From: an uncultured Aliarcobacter sp.
GTDB lineage: Bacteria > Campylobacterota > Campylobacteria > Campylobacterales > Arcobacteraceae
Reading direction: 5' to 3'
NCBI GenBank assembly: GCA_963664305.2
Contig: CAXXLV010000001.1
Span: 928,001 to 992,000 of the forward strand
Length of the DNA: 64,000 nucleotides
How positions within the stretch are numbered: the stretch's first letter is position 1; the number at the start of each line of letters is the position of its first letter. The notes beneath the pieces are model-generated. The model was not told the DNA's origin, did not search any database, and was given only the letters and a program-made list of their open reading frames with translations. A program made the translations under genes and the position numbers. Below are positions 43,066-51,916 of the stretch, in pieces.

Positions 43066-44880
43066 TTAACCAATAATGGCTAATGTTTGTCCTTCATCAA
43101 CAGCTTGTGTATTTTCAACTAAAATCTTAGTAATAACTCCAGAAACTGGTGCAGTTATATCTATTTCCATTTTCATTGCTTCAAGAATCATGATTTGTTG
43201 ATCTTTTTCAACTCTATCACCTTCTTTTACTAAAATTTTCCAAACAGCTCCATTTACAGCAGCTGGTACTTCAGTTCCACCATTTGAAGCAGGTGTTGAA
43301 GCAGCAGGTGCTGAACTTACTGTATTTGAAACAGGAGTTACTTGAATATCTGCATTTCCTTCAGCAATTGTTACATTAAATCTTTGTCCATCAACTACAA
43401 CTGTATAGTTTCCACTAGCATTTGCCATTTTATTCTCTCCTAATTTACAATCTTTATTATCTTCACAAACAGTATCATTTTTTCTTACATTTAAAGGTGA
43501 TTCACCTTTTAAGAATGCAATTCCTTTTTCATCACAAGCAGCAGCAATAAAGATATTTTCTTCAGTTGCTTCAATTCCTTCAATTTCTAATCTTTGTTTC
43601 CAAACAGAGATTTTTTTCTTTTCATCTCTATCTGCGATATCTAAAGGATTTTCACATGTAGGTTCAAGTTTTAGTTTTTCAGCTGCAAGTCTTACTACTT
43701 CAGCATCTGGTTCAACTGGAGTTTTACCAAAGTAACCTAAAACCATTTTTCCATAACCAGGAGCAATTTGTTTCCATGGACCAAACATAACATTTGCGTA
43801 TGCTTGTTGCCAATAGAATTGTGAAACTGGAGTTACAGATGTACCATATCCACCTTTTTCAACAACTTCTCTCATAGCTTTAATAACTTCTGGGAATTTA
43901 TCTAAAGTTCCATTATCTCTCATCATTTGAGTATTTGCAGTTAATGCACCACCTGGCATTGGAGAGAATGGAATTAAAGGAGAAACTTGTGTAGCTTCTG
44001 GTGGGATAAAGTAATCTTTTAAGCAGTTAGCTAATACATCTTGGTATTTTAGAATTTTATCAATTTCTAAACCACCTAAATCGTAGTTTTTACCTTTTAC
44101 TGCATGAAGCATAGTTAAAATATCTGGTTGAGAAGTTCCACCACTAACAGGAGAGGCAGCTAAATCTATACCATCAGCTCCAGCTTCTAAAGCTGCTAAA
44201 TAACAAGATACAGAAACACCAGCTGTTTCATGAGTATGAAGTCTAATATGAGTATCATTACCCACTAATCTTCTTGCCATTTGGATTGTTTCATAAATTT
44301 TTTGAGGAGATGAAGTACCTGATGCATCTTTAAAGCATAAAGAATCAAATGGTAACCCACTATCAAGAATATTTCTTAAAGTTTTTTCATAGAAAGGTAC
44401 ATCATGAGCACCAGTACAACCTGGAGGTAAATCCATAAGTGTAACAACTACTTCATGGTTAAGACCATATTTTTTAATACATTCAGCACTATATTCAAGA
44501 TTTTGAACATCATTTAATGCATCAAAGTTTCTAATTGTTGTTGTTCCATGTTTTGCAAACATTTTTGCATGTAAGTCGATTAATTCTCTAGAACCAGTAT
44601 CAAGCATTACAGTGTTGATACCTCTAGCTAAAGTTTGTAAGTTTGCATCTGGTCCAACGATTTCTCTAAATTTGTCCATCATTTCAAATGCGTTTTCTTG
44701 TAGATAGAAGAATAAAGATTGGAATCTTGCTCCTCCACCAAACTCAAAGTGAGTTATACCTGCTTCTTTTGCAGCTTCTACGGCTGGAAAGAAATCTTTC
44801 ATTAGGACTCTTCCCCCAAAGACAGATTGGAATCCATCTCTAAAAGTTGTATCCATGATATCTATATATTTTTTAGACAT
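43066..44880 (-). CDS. oadA: Oxaloacetate decarboxylase alpha subunit / pyruvate carboxylase B-type (carboxyltransferase + biotin carrier)
   Basis: RDGFQS, FDALND, KDASG, HTH, MPGG, VTPVSQ, EAMKME biotinylation motif. Confidence 0.9.
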   Translation of the reverse strand: MSKKYIDIMDTTFRDGFQSVFGGRVLMKDFFPAVEAAKEAGITHFEFGGGARFQSLFFYLQENAFEMMDKFREIVGPDANLQTLARGINTVMLDTGSRELIDLHAKMFAKHGTTTIRNFDALNDVQNLEYSAECIKKYGLNHEVVVTLMDLPPGCTGAHDVPFYEKTLRNILDSGLPFDSLCFKDASGTSSPQKIYETIQMARRLVGNDTHIRLHTHETAGVSVSCYLAALEAGADGIDLAASPVSGGTSQPDILTMLHAVKGKNYDLGGLEIDKILKYQDVLANCLKDYFIPPEATQVSPLIPFSPMPGGALTANTQMMRDNGTLDKFPEVIKAMREVVEKGGYGTSVTPVSQFYWQQAYANVMFGPWKQIAPGYGKMVLGYFGKTPVEPDAEVVRLAAEKLKLEPTCENPLDIADRDEKKKISVWKQRLEIEGIEATEENIFIAAACDEKGIAFLKGESPLNVRKNDTVCEDNKDCKLGENKMANASGNYTVVVDGQRFNVTIAEGNADIQVTPVSNTVSSAPAASTPASNGGTEVPAAVNGAVWKILVKEGDRVEKDQQIMILEAMKMEIDITAPVSGVITKILVENTQAVDEGQTLAIIG

Positions 44881-44885
44881 ATATT

Positions 44886-45137
44886 TTAACCCTTCAGATT
44901 TTTATGATGTTGTATTGCTGCTACTATTGCAGCCATTTTTGCAGCTTCAGTTTTTCCGTTATTTGTTACTATTGGAGTATTATTTACTGGTTTCTTTTCT
45001 TCTTGTGGAAAAAACTTTGTTAATATTATCCCTTGTGCTTTTAGTACAAATATCATTATTGTTAGGAATGCAAATACTACTCCCATCCCTAAAAACATAA
45101 ACTTTACTGATTCTGCGATTAAGTTTACTTCTTCCAT
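44886..45137 (-). CDS. oadG: Oxaloacetate decarboxylase gamma subunit
   Basis: GMGVVFAFL TM segment, AAIVAAIQHH. Confidence 0.9.
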   Translation of the reverse strand: MEEVNLIAESVKFMFLGMGVVFAFLTIMIFVLKAQGIILTKFFPQEEKKPVNNTPIVTNNGKTEAAKMAAIVAAIQHHKNLKG

Positions 45138-45285
45138 GTGGAAATCCTTTTATTTTGAATAATCAAATAAATGATTTAAACGGGTGTAATTTTAGGGAAA
45201 TTTAGTAAAATCTTCTTCTTTTTTAGTGTGAAAAAAATTGTTTTATAGTGCTTATTTTATAGTTATATTGTGTTATAATGCAATC

Positions 45286-46161
45286 ATGAAAAAAGAAACG
45301 TTACAAAAAAGAACAAAAATAGCAAATGACATAATGTATTATATTTATACTCATATTGAGACAAATATTGATATAGAAGAGTTAAGTATTGATTTGGGTG
45401 TAAGTAAATTTCATATGCATAGGATTTTTAAAGAAGCATTTGGAAAAAATATCTATGAAAGCATCAAATCAATTAGACTTCAAAAAGCATCAAATCTACT
45501 TTTAACAAATAAATACTCGACAATTTCTAATATTGTAAATCAATGTGGATACTCTTCTCAATCATCTTTTATAAAAATATTTAAAGATAGATTTGAAATG
45601 AGTCCAAAAGAGTGGAAAAATGGTGGATATAAAGAATACTCTCATAAAATCTTACAACAATCTCAAAGAGCAATGCAATCAAAGGCAAATTTTAATGATA
45701 TGGTTCCAACAATTGTAAAAATGCCAGCAATTGAGAGTTATTATATTAGAAATAAGGGTTATAACGTAAATATAAAAGAGACATGGCAAAAATTACAAAC
45801 TTGGGTTTTAACAAATAATATTCAATCATATAGAAGAATTGCACTTTTTCACGATAATCCAACAATTACACCTTTAAATGAGTGTCAATATATTGGATGT
45901 ATAGAAGTTGATGATAAAGAGAGTGTAAAAAGTGATAGATTGCCAAACTTTAAAATTGCAGAAGGTGTTTATGCAAAATTTCATTTAAAAGGAAAAACAG
46001 GAGATGTTCTTCCTTTTATTCACTGGGTTTACCATGAATGGTTGCCAAAAAGTGAATATGAAACAACAACAAAACCATCATATGCAATATACGATAAACT
46101 GGACTTTTTTGATGAGAATAATGAGTTTGAATTAAGCTTTTATGTATCAATTAACTTTTAG
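45286..46161 (+). CDS. AraC-family regulator with GyrI-like effector domain
   Basis: SKFHMHRIFK, RLQKA..LL, GYSSQSSF..FK, HDNP.ITP, G.YAKF, YHEWLP; start moved to ATG 45286. Confidence 0.9.
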   Translation: MKKETLQKRTKIANDIMYYIYTHIETNIDIEELSIDLGVSKFHMHRIFKEAFGKNIYESIKSIRLQKASNLLLTNKYSTISNIVNQCGYSSQSSFIKIFKDRFEMSPKEWKNGGYKEYSHKILQQSQRAMQSKANFNDMVPTIVKMPAIESYYIRNKGYNVNIKETWQKLQTWVLTNNIQSYRRIALFHDNPTITPLNECQYIGCIEVDDKESVKSDRLPNFKIAEGVYAKFHLKGKTGDVLPFIHWVYHEWLPKSEYETTTKPSYAIYDKLDFFDENNEFELSFYVSINF

Positions 46162-46213
46162 TAAATAATATTTAATTATAATTGCACAAATTTTTTCTAG
46201 AAAAAGGTCGAAA

Positions 46214-47194
46214 ATGGTTTTATATTTACTAGCAATTATTGCTGGATTTGGTATTTTAGTTTGGAGTGCAGATAAATTTGTAGAAGGCGCTGCTAGTACA
46301 GCTAAGCACCTTGGAATGCCAAGTTTATTAATTGGTATATTAATTGTTGGATTTGGAACAAGTGCTCCTGAGATGGTAGTTTCTGCAATTGCTGCTATGG
46401 AAGGAAATCCTGGTCTTGCTCTTGGAAATGCAATTGGTTCAAATATAGTAAATATTGCTCTTATTTTAGGGGTTACAGCTTTAGTTTCACCAATTGTTGT
46501 AAATTCAAATATTGTAAAAAAAGAGATGCCTTTATTACTTGGAATAGTATTGATTTCAGGATATTTATTAATAGATAATAGTTTGACATTAGTTGAAGGT
46601 ATAGTTTTATTAGCTGGTTTCTTTAGTTTAATTGCTTGGTCAATAGTTTCAGCATTAAAATCAAAAAATGATGCCTTAGCAACAGAATTTGAAGAAGAAT
46701 TAGTTGAACATGAAATGAGTTTAAAAGCTGGTATTTTTTGGCTTGTATTAGGAATTGTATTATTAATTGCAAGTTCAAGACTATTAGTTTGGGGAGCTGT
46801 TGGTGTTGCTCATGAATTTGGTGTTAGTGATTTAATTATTGGATTAACAATAGTTGCACTTGGAACTTCATTACCAGAACTTGCTGCATCTGTTGTAGCT
46901 GCACGTAAAGGTGAACATGATATTGCAATTGGAAATGTTGTTGGTTCAAATATGTTTAATCTTTTAGCTGTAATTGGTATTGCAACAGTAATTGCACCAA
47001 TGGATAATATTCCACTTGAAGTATTACAAAGAGATTGGATTATAATGTTATTATTAACAATAGCTCTTTTAGTAATGGCTTATGGATTTAAAAATAAAGA
47101 AGGAACAATTACAAGATTAGAAGGAACAATTTTAATTATTTGTTATGTTGCATACAACACTTATCTAGGTTTAAATTTAACTGGAAGTATATAA
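46214..47194 (+). CDS. Ca2+/Na+ antiporter (CaCA, YrbG-like)
   Basis: Alpha repeats GTSAPE/GNAIGSN and GTSLPE/GNVVGSN. Confidence 0.93.
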   Translation: MVLYLLAIIAGFGILVWSADKFVEGAASTAKHLGMPSLLIGILIVGFGTSAPEMVVSAIAAMEGNPGLALGNAIGSNIVNIALILGVTALVSPIVVNSNIVKKEMPLLLGIVLISGYLLIDNSLTLVEGIVLLAGFFSLIAWSIVSALKSKNDALATEFEEELVEHEMSLKAGIFWLVLGIVLLIASSRLLVWGAVGVAHEFGVSDLIIGLTIVALGTSLPELAASVVAARKGEHDIAIGNVVGSNMFNLLAVIGIATVIAPMDNIPLEVLQRDWIIMLLLTIALLVMAYGFKNKEGTITRLEGTILIICYVAYNTYLGLNLTGSI

Positions 47195-47197
47195 AAC

Positions 47198-47914
47198 TTA
47201 ACTATTATTTTGAGATAACCATCTTTCTAGAAACTCTTTTCTAGAATAGGTTATCGCACCTAAATCAAACTTATATTGCATATATGGATGTCCTAAATTC
47301 CAAAAAGAAAAATTCTCATTTTTTAAATAAATTGCTAGTAAAACAAGTTGTAATTTTCCCCAATTATTGTATTTCTTTTCTTTTGAAGAAAATCCAGTCA
47401 AAGAAGTGTAAGTTGAATTGATTTTATATCCAATTTCACCAGCAATTAATTCTTTTGTATTTTTATCATAAAGCTCTACGCACATAATTTCAAAATTTAT
47501 TGAAGGATGTATATAATCAACTAAAGAAAGAATCAAATCTTTATACTCTTTTTGTAGCCAATTCTTTTTATGGTATTTTTCTAAATTTTCTAATACTAAA
47601 TCAAAATTTTTATTGATAGAAAATTCAAACTCTTTTTGGTTTAGAAGTTTTTTGATTTTTTTACTAATATGTAAATTCTCAAAATCTAAAATTGCATATT
47701 CAAATTGTATTTCAGGAAGTAAATAAAACTTATTTTCAAAAGAGATAGAAGTTGTAATAAAACCGTAAAAAGCAAGTTTTATATAAAAATCCTTTGAAAA
47801 GTCATCACTTAAATAGTAATTTGACTTTTCATTTGGATAAATGTAATTAAATAAAATATTCTCATCATCAAGTTCTTCTTGACCTATTAAATAAATTATC
47901 TCTTTTTTACTCAT
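47198..47914 (-). CDS. Divergent leucyl/phenylalanyl-tRNA--protein transferase-like (GNAT-fold) protein
   Basis: LHISKKIKK, FSINKNF, NWL, VELYD...LIAGEIGY, YTSLTGF, LGA...R.EFL resemble Aat architecture. Confidence 0.6.
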   Translation of the reverse strand: MSKKEIIYLIGQEELDDENILFNYIYPNEKSNYYLSDDFSKDFYIKLAFYGFITTSISFENKFYLLPEIQFEYAILDFENLHISKKIKKLLNQKEFEFSINKNFDLVLENLEKYHKKNWLQKEYKDLILSLVDYIHPSINFEIMCVELYDKNTKELIAGEIGYKINSTYTSLTGFSSKEKKYNNWGKLQLVLLAIYLKNENFSFWNLGHPYMQYKFDLGAITYSRKEFLERWLSQNNS

Positions 47915-47917
47915 TTG

Positions 47918-48424
47918 TTATCTGTGAAATCCTCTATCATCTCTGTGCTCTCGATAATACCTATCGTCTCTGTCATGTTTATATTTCTCTTTAGGTTTTG
48001 CATACTGTTTATCATAATATGGTCCATAAACTGGTTGACGATTATCTCTAAATTGGTGAGTTCTATTCCAGTCATTGTGTTTGTGATAAATATATTTTCT
48101 ATAATGAGGGTGAGATGGTTTAAAATAACCTCTTCTATGTAATCTATCATAATATGTATATCTGTTATCATATAAAAAGAATATATTATTATAAAAATAT
48201 CCAGTTCTATCAAAATATCCAAAATAATAACCATAATTATCATAATATCCATGTCTGTGATAATCAAAACTTCTATATCTATTATCATATCTATGGTCAT
48301 CTGATCTAAATCCAATATCAAGAGTTCCACCATTTGAAAGAGGTGTTTGGATTCTAATACCTAAATCAGCTGAAAAAAGTGAGGGAGCTATGCTTAAAAG
48401 TGAAATCAAAATTAACTTTTTCAT
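47918..48424 (-). CDS. Secreted Tyr/His/Arg/Asp-rich low-complexity protein
   Basis: Signal peptide MKKLILISLLSIAPSLFS, AAAGGA SD, TATAAT promoter. Confidence 0.8.
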   Translation of the reverse strand: MKKLILISLLSIAPSLFSADLGIRIQTPLSNGGTLDIGFRSDDHRYDNRYRSFDYHRHGYYDNYGYYFGYFDRTGYFYNNIFFLYDNRYTYYDRLHRRGYFKPSHPHYRKYIYHKHNDWNRTHQFRDNRQPVYGPYYDKQYAKPKEKYKHDRDDRYYREHRDDRGFHR

Positions 48425-48450
48425 AATTTATCCTTTGAGTTGTTTCGAAA

Positions 48451-48481
48451 ATTATAAAGCACAAGTGTGAATAAATTGTGA
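48451..48481 (-). promoter_or_regulatory. TCACA tandem repeat plus -10
   Basis: TGTGA at 48466 and 48477 (11-bp period), 9 nt, then TATAAT on the minus strand (48451-48456). Confidence 0.6.
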
Positions 48482-48538
48482 TTTATAATATTTTACGTTT
48501 CCTTTGATTATAATGATTTTTTAATATTAAGGCATTTT

Positions 48539-51316
48539 TTGAACAGTTTAATCACTAATAATCAAATAACCAATTTTCATAATCATATCACAAAGTTGCT
48601 ACAAGAGTGCGAAAGTTTCTATTTTAATGTTGCATTTATAAATTTTTCTGGAATCCAACTATTGCTTGATACTTTCAAGTTATTAGAAGATAAAAAAATA
48701 AAAGGAAAAATTTTAACTTCAACATATTTGAATTTTACACAAATTGAAGCATTGGAAAAAATAAAAGAGTTTAAAAATATTGAATTAAAAATTTATGATA
48801 GTAATAGTTCAAATATAGGTTTTCATAGTAAGTCATATATTTTTGAGTTTAAAGATGATTATAAAATTATCATAGGTTCTTCAAATATAACAGCAAGTGC
48901 TTTTAAATCAAATATTGAATGGAATGTGAAAACAATTTCAAAAAAAGATGATGAGTTTTTAAAAAATATTTTATTTGAGTTTGATAATCTTTGGAAAGAT
49001 TCTTATGAAGCAAATGAAGATTTTTTCAAAGAGTATGAAAAATTTACAAAAAAACAAAATAGTGAAATCTTTTATTTTAAACAAAATATAAAAACAAACT
49101 ATATGCAAGAAAAGGCTTTAGAAAAATTAGAAGATTTAAGAAACAAAGGTGAAAATAAAGCTTTAATAATTGCAGCCACAGGAAGTGGAAAAACATATCT
49201 TAGTGCTTTTGATATAAAAAACTTTAGAGCAAAAAAGATGCTTTTTTTAGTTCATAGAGAAAATATTTTAATTAGTGCAAAAGAGAGTTTTGAAAAAATC
49301 TTAGGAAAAAAGTTTTCTTATGGTTTTTATACCGGAAATAAAAAAGAAGAAAATAAAGAGTATATTTTTTCAACTATTCAAACTATGAGTAATTCTTATT
49401 TAGAATTTGAAAAAGAGTTTTTTGATTATATAGTTATTGATGAAGCTCATCATTCAACAAGTCCATCTTATCAAAAAATATTAAATCATTTTAAACCAAA
49501 ATTTCTTTTAGGTTTAACAGCAACCTCAAACAGAATGGATGGAAATTCTATTTATAAATTATTTGATGAAAATATAGCATGTGATATTAGATTGAATGAT
49601 GCATTAGAAAATAATCTAATTGTTCCTTTTCACTATTTTGGAATAAGTGATATAGAATCAATAAATTATCAAAATATAGATTTATCAAAAATTGATGTGT
49701 TATCAAAACTTTTGTGTATAAATAAAAGAGTAGATTTTATTATTGAAAAAATGAATTTTTATTCTTATAGTGGAGAAAAAAGAAGAGTTTTAGGATTTTG
49801 TGTTTCAAAAGAACATGCAATTTATATGAGTGAAGAGTTTAATAAAAGAGGAATTAATTCAAGTTATTTAACAAGTGATGAAACTGTATTAAAAAGAGAG
49901 ATGGAAATTCAAAAGTTAGAAGATATAAATAACTCTTTAGAAGTGATTTTTACAGTTGATATTTTTAATGAAGGAGTAGATATTCCTTCTGTTAATATGG
50001 TTTTATTTTTAAGACCAACTAATTCTCCAATTGTATTTGTTCAACAGTTAGGTCGAGGTCTTAGAAAATATGAGAATAAAGAGTTTTTAACGGTTCTTGA
50101 TTTTATTGGAAATCACAAAAGAGCTTATTTAATTGCACTTGCACTTATTGGAAATAAAATGATTGATAAAGAGAGTATCAAACTCTCTTTAGAAAATAAC
50201 TTTGCAGATTTTAAAAATGTATTTATTTCTATGGATGAAATTTCTAAAAATAGAATTTTAGAACAAATTGAAAAAGAGAACTTTAATCAGTTTAAATATT
50301 TAAAAGAGCAATATTTTGAATTTAAAGCAATTTTAGAAAATAGAATTCCAAAACTTGTAGATTATTTACAATTTGAAGATGTAATTAATCCAATAAAATT
50401 TATTGATGAAAGTTATTCTTACATAGAGTTTTTGGCAAAAGTAGAAAATAAAGAATTAGGTTTTTATGAATTAATTTCAAATGAAAATTTTGTAAAAGCT
50501 ATAAGATTTATTGAAAATTTACTTCTAGTAAAAAGAGTTTATGAGTTCGTAATTTTAAAATATCTTTTGAATAATGATTTTTGTGATGTTAATATCGCTT
50601 TTAAGATTTTAAATAAGTATTTAACAAGAGTTGATAAAGAAACAATTATTCACTCTTTTTCTTTTTTAAATCAAGACTTTTTAGATAAAGGTCAAATAAA
50701 TCGATATTTAAAATTAGCAGATTATGATGGAAAAAAACTAAAAAAAACAAAAGAATTTTCACAACTTTTGGAAAATAGTAAATATAAAGAGATATTTGAA
50801 GATAGCTTGAATTTTGGTATTTATAATTATGAAGAAGAGTTTGGCTCAAAAGATTTTGGAAAACCATTTTTGAAACATTATGAAAAATATAATATGTTAA
50901 ATATTGCTCAACTTTGTAATTTTCCTAAAATTCATAGTTCATTTAGAGGAAGTGGCTTCTTAAAATATGAAAATGATTTTTTCTTATTTATAAATTTAGA
51001 AAAAGAAAAATTTTCAAAATCAGCAAATTATCATAATGCTTTTTTATCAAAATCACTTTTTACATATCAGAGTAAGCCTAGTCACTCTTCTGATAAAGGT
51101 GATGGAGAAAGATTATGTGAAAATAAAAAGTTTGGTGTTAAGCTTCATATTTTTGTTAGAAAATATGTGCAAGTGGATAATAAAACACAAAATTTCATTT
51201 ATCTTGGAATTGCAAATAGTTTAAAATATTGGGATAATAAACCAATTAATTTAGAATTAGAACTTGAAATTCCATTGAGTGATAAGTTATTTGAAGAGTT
51301 TACAAAAGTTATTTAA
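48539..51316 (+). CDS. PLD nuclease-SF2 helicase-DUF3427/SRA fusion (SauUSI-like putative type IV restriction enzyme)
   Basis: FHSKSY and GSSNIT...NIEWN (PLD); ATGSGKT, DEAHH, GLTAT, DIFNEGVDIP, QQLGRGLR; C-terminal Y.NAF....FTYQS, LHIFVRK, FIYLG. Confidence 0.82.
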   Translation: MNSLITNNQITNFHNHITKLLQECESFYFNVAFINFSGIQLLLDTFKLLEDKKIKGKILTSTYLNFTQIEALEKIKEFKNIELKIYDSNSSNIGFHSKSYIFEFKDDYKIIIGSSNITASAFKSNIEWNVKTISKKDDEFLKNILFEFDNLWKDSYEANEDFFKEYEKFTKKQNSEIFYFKQNIKTNYMQEKALEKLEDLRNKGENKALIIAATGSGKTYLSAFDIKNFRAKKMLFLVHRENILISAKESFEKILGKKFSYGFYTGNKKEENKEYIFSTIQTMSNSYLEFEKEFFDYIVIDEAHHSTSPSYQKILNHFKPKFLLGLTATSNRMDGNSIYKLFDENIACDIRLNDALENNLIVPFHYFGISDIESINYQNIDLSKIDVLSKLLCINKRVDFIIEKMNFYSYSGEKRRVLGFCVSKEHAIYMSEEFNKRGINSSYLTSDETVLKREMEIQKLEDINNSLEVIFTVDIFNEGVDIPSVNMVLFLRPTNSPIVFVQQLGRGLRKYENKEFLTVLDFIGNHKRAYLIALALIGNKMIDKESIKLSLENNFADFKNVFISMDEISKNRILEQIEKENFNQFKYLKEQYFEFKAILENRIPKLVDYLQFEDVINPIKFIDESYSYIEFLAKVENKELGFYELISNENFVKAIRFIENLLLVKRVYEFVILKYLLNNDFCDVNIAFKILNKYLTRVDKETIIHSFSFLNQDFLDKGQINRYLKLADYDGKKLKKTKEFSQLLENSKYKEIFEDSLNFGIYNYEEEFGSKDFGKPFLKHYEKYNMLNIAQLCNFPKIHSSFRGSGFLKYENDFFLFINLEKEKFSKSANYHNAFLSKSLFTYQSKPSHSSDKGDGERLCENKKFGVKLHIFVRKYVQVDNKTQNFIYLGIANSLKYWDNKPINLELELEIPLSDKLFEEFTKVI

Positions 51317-51414
51317 AAATTGGTAAAAAAATTTATACTTTTTTTATTTTCTTTTTAAAAAACTTTGCTACTATTCGCAAAATCTTTAGGGATTAAAAGT
51401 AGTAGGGAAAAATA

Positions 51415-51915
51415 GTGAAAACAGAAGAAAAAAAGAGTTTGATAGAAAAAGTTTTTATCAAAGTAAATAATATAGATAAGGTTTTAGAAAACCGTATAGA
51501 TGTTATTTTATTGAAGATGATTAATATGCTTAAATATCTATTTATTTTAGCAATGATTTTATATTTGGCAATTTGTATTATGAGTTTATCTCACAAAATA
51601 ATCTCTTTTACATTGGCTCAAGGTGCTTTGGATTTTGTATCAATTAAAAATATTTTAACAGATGGTTTATTTACACTAATTGTTATAGCAATTGTAAAAA
51701 CACTATTTATCAAAAATGGTTTTGATTATGCATTAACATTTTTAGAAATAGCATTTGTTGTGATTATAAGAAAATTGATTTTATTAGAAACAACTCCTGA
51801 AGAGACTGATTTATTAATAGCTTTAGGATTTACTTCTTGTGCATTTTTTATACTTATAGTTTATATTCACAATTTAAAAAGAAAGTGGAGAAAAGAGGAC
51901 CATTTTCATAAATAG
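51415..51915 (+). CDS. PsiE-like membrane protein
   Basis: Four TM segments, FLEIAFVVIIRKLI pattern. Confidence 0.6.
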   Translation: MKTEEKKSLIEKVFIKVNNIDKVLENRIDVILLKMINMLKYLFILAMILYLAICIMSLSHKIISFTLAQGALDFVSIKNILTDGLFTLIVIAIVKTLFIKNGFDYALTFLEIAFVVIIRKLILLETTPEETDLLIALGFTSCAFFILIVYIHNLKRKWRKEDHFHK

Positions 51916-51916
51916 T

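Noticed and set aside
47911..48333. 140-aa Ile/Met-rich same-strand overlapping ORF whose stop overlaps the next ATG
   Set aside because: Explained by TAT/GAT/CAT codons of the real gene read in a shifted frame; no SD, while the 168-aa frame has an SD and signal peptide.
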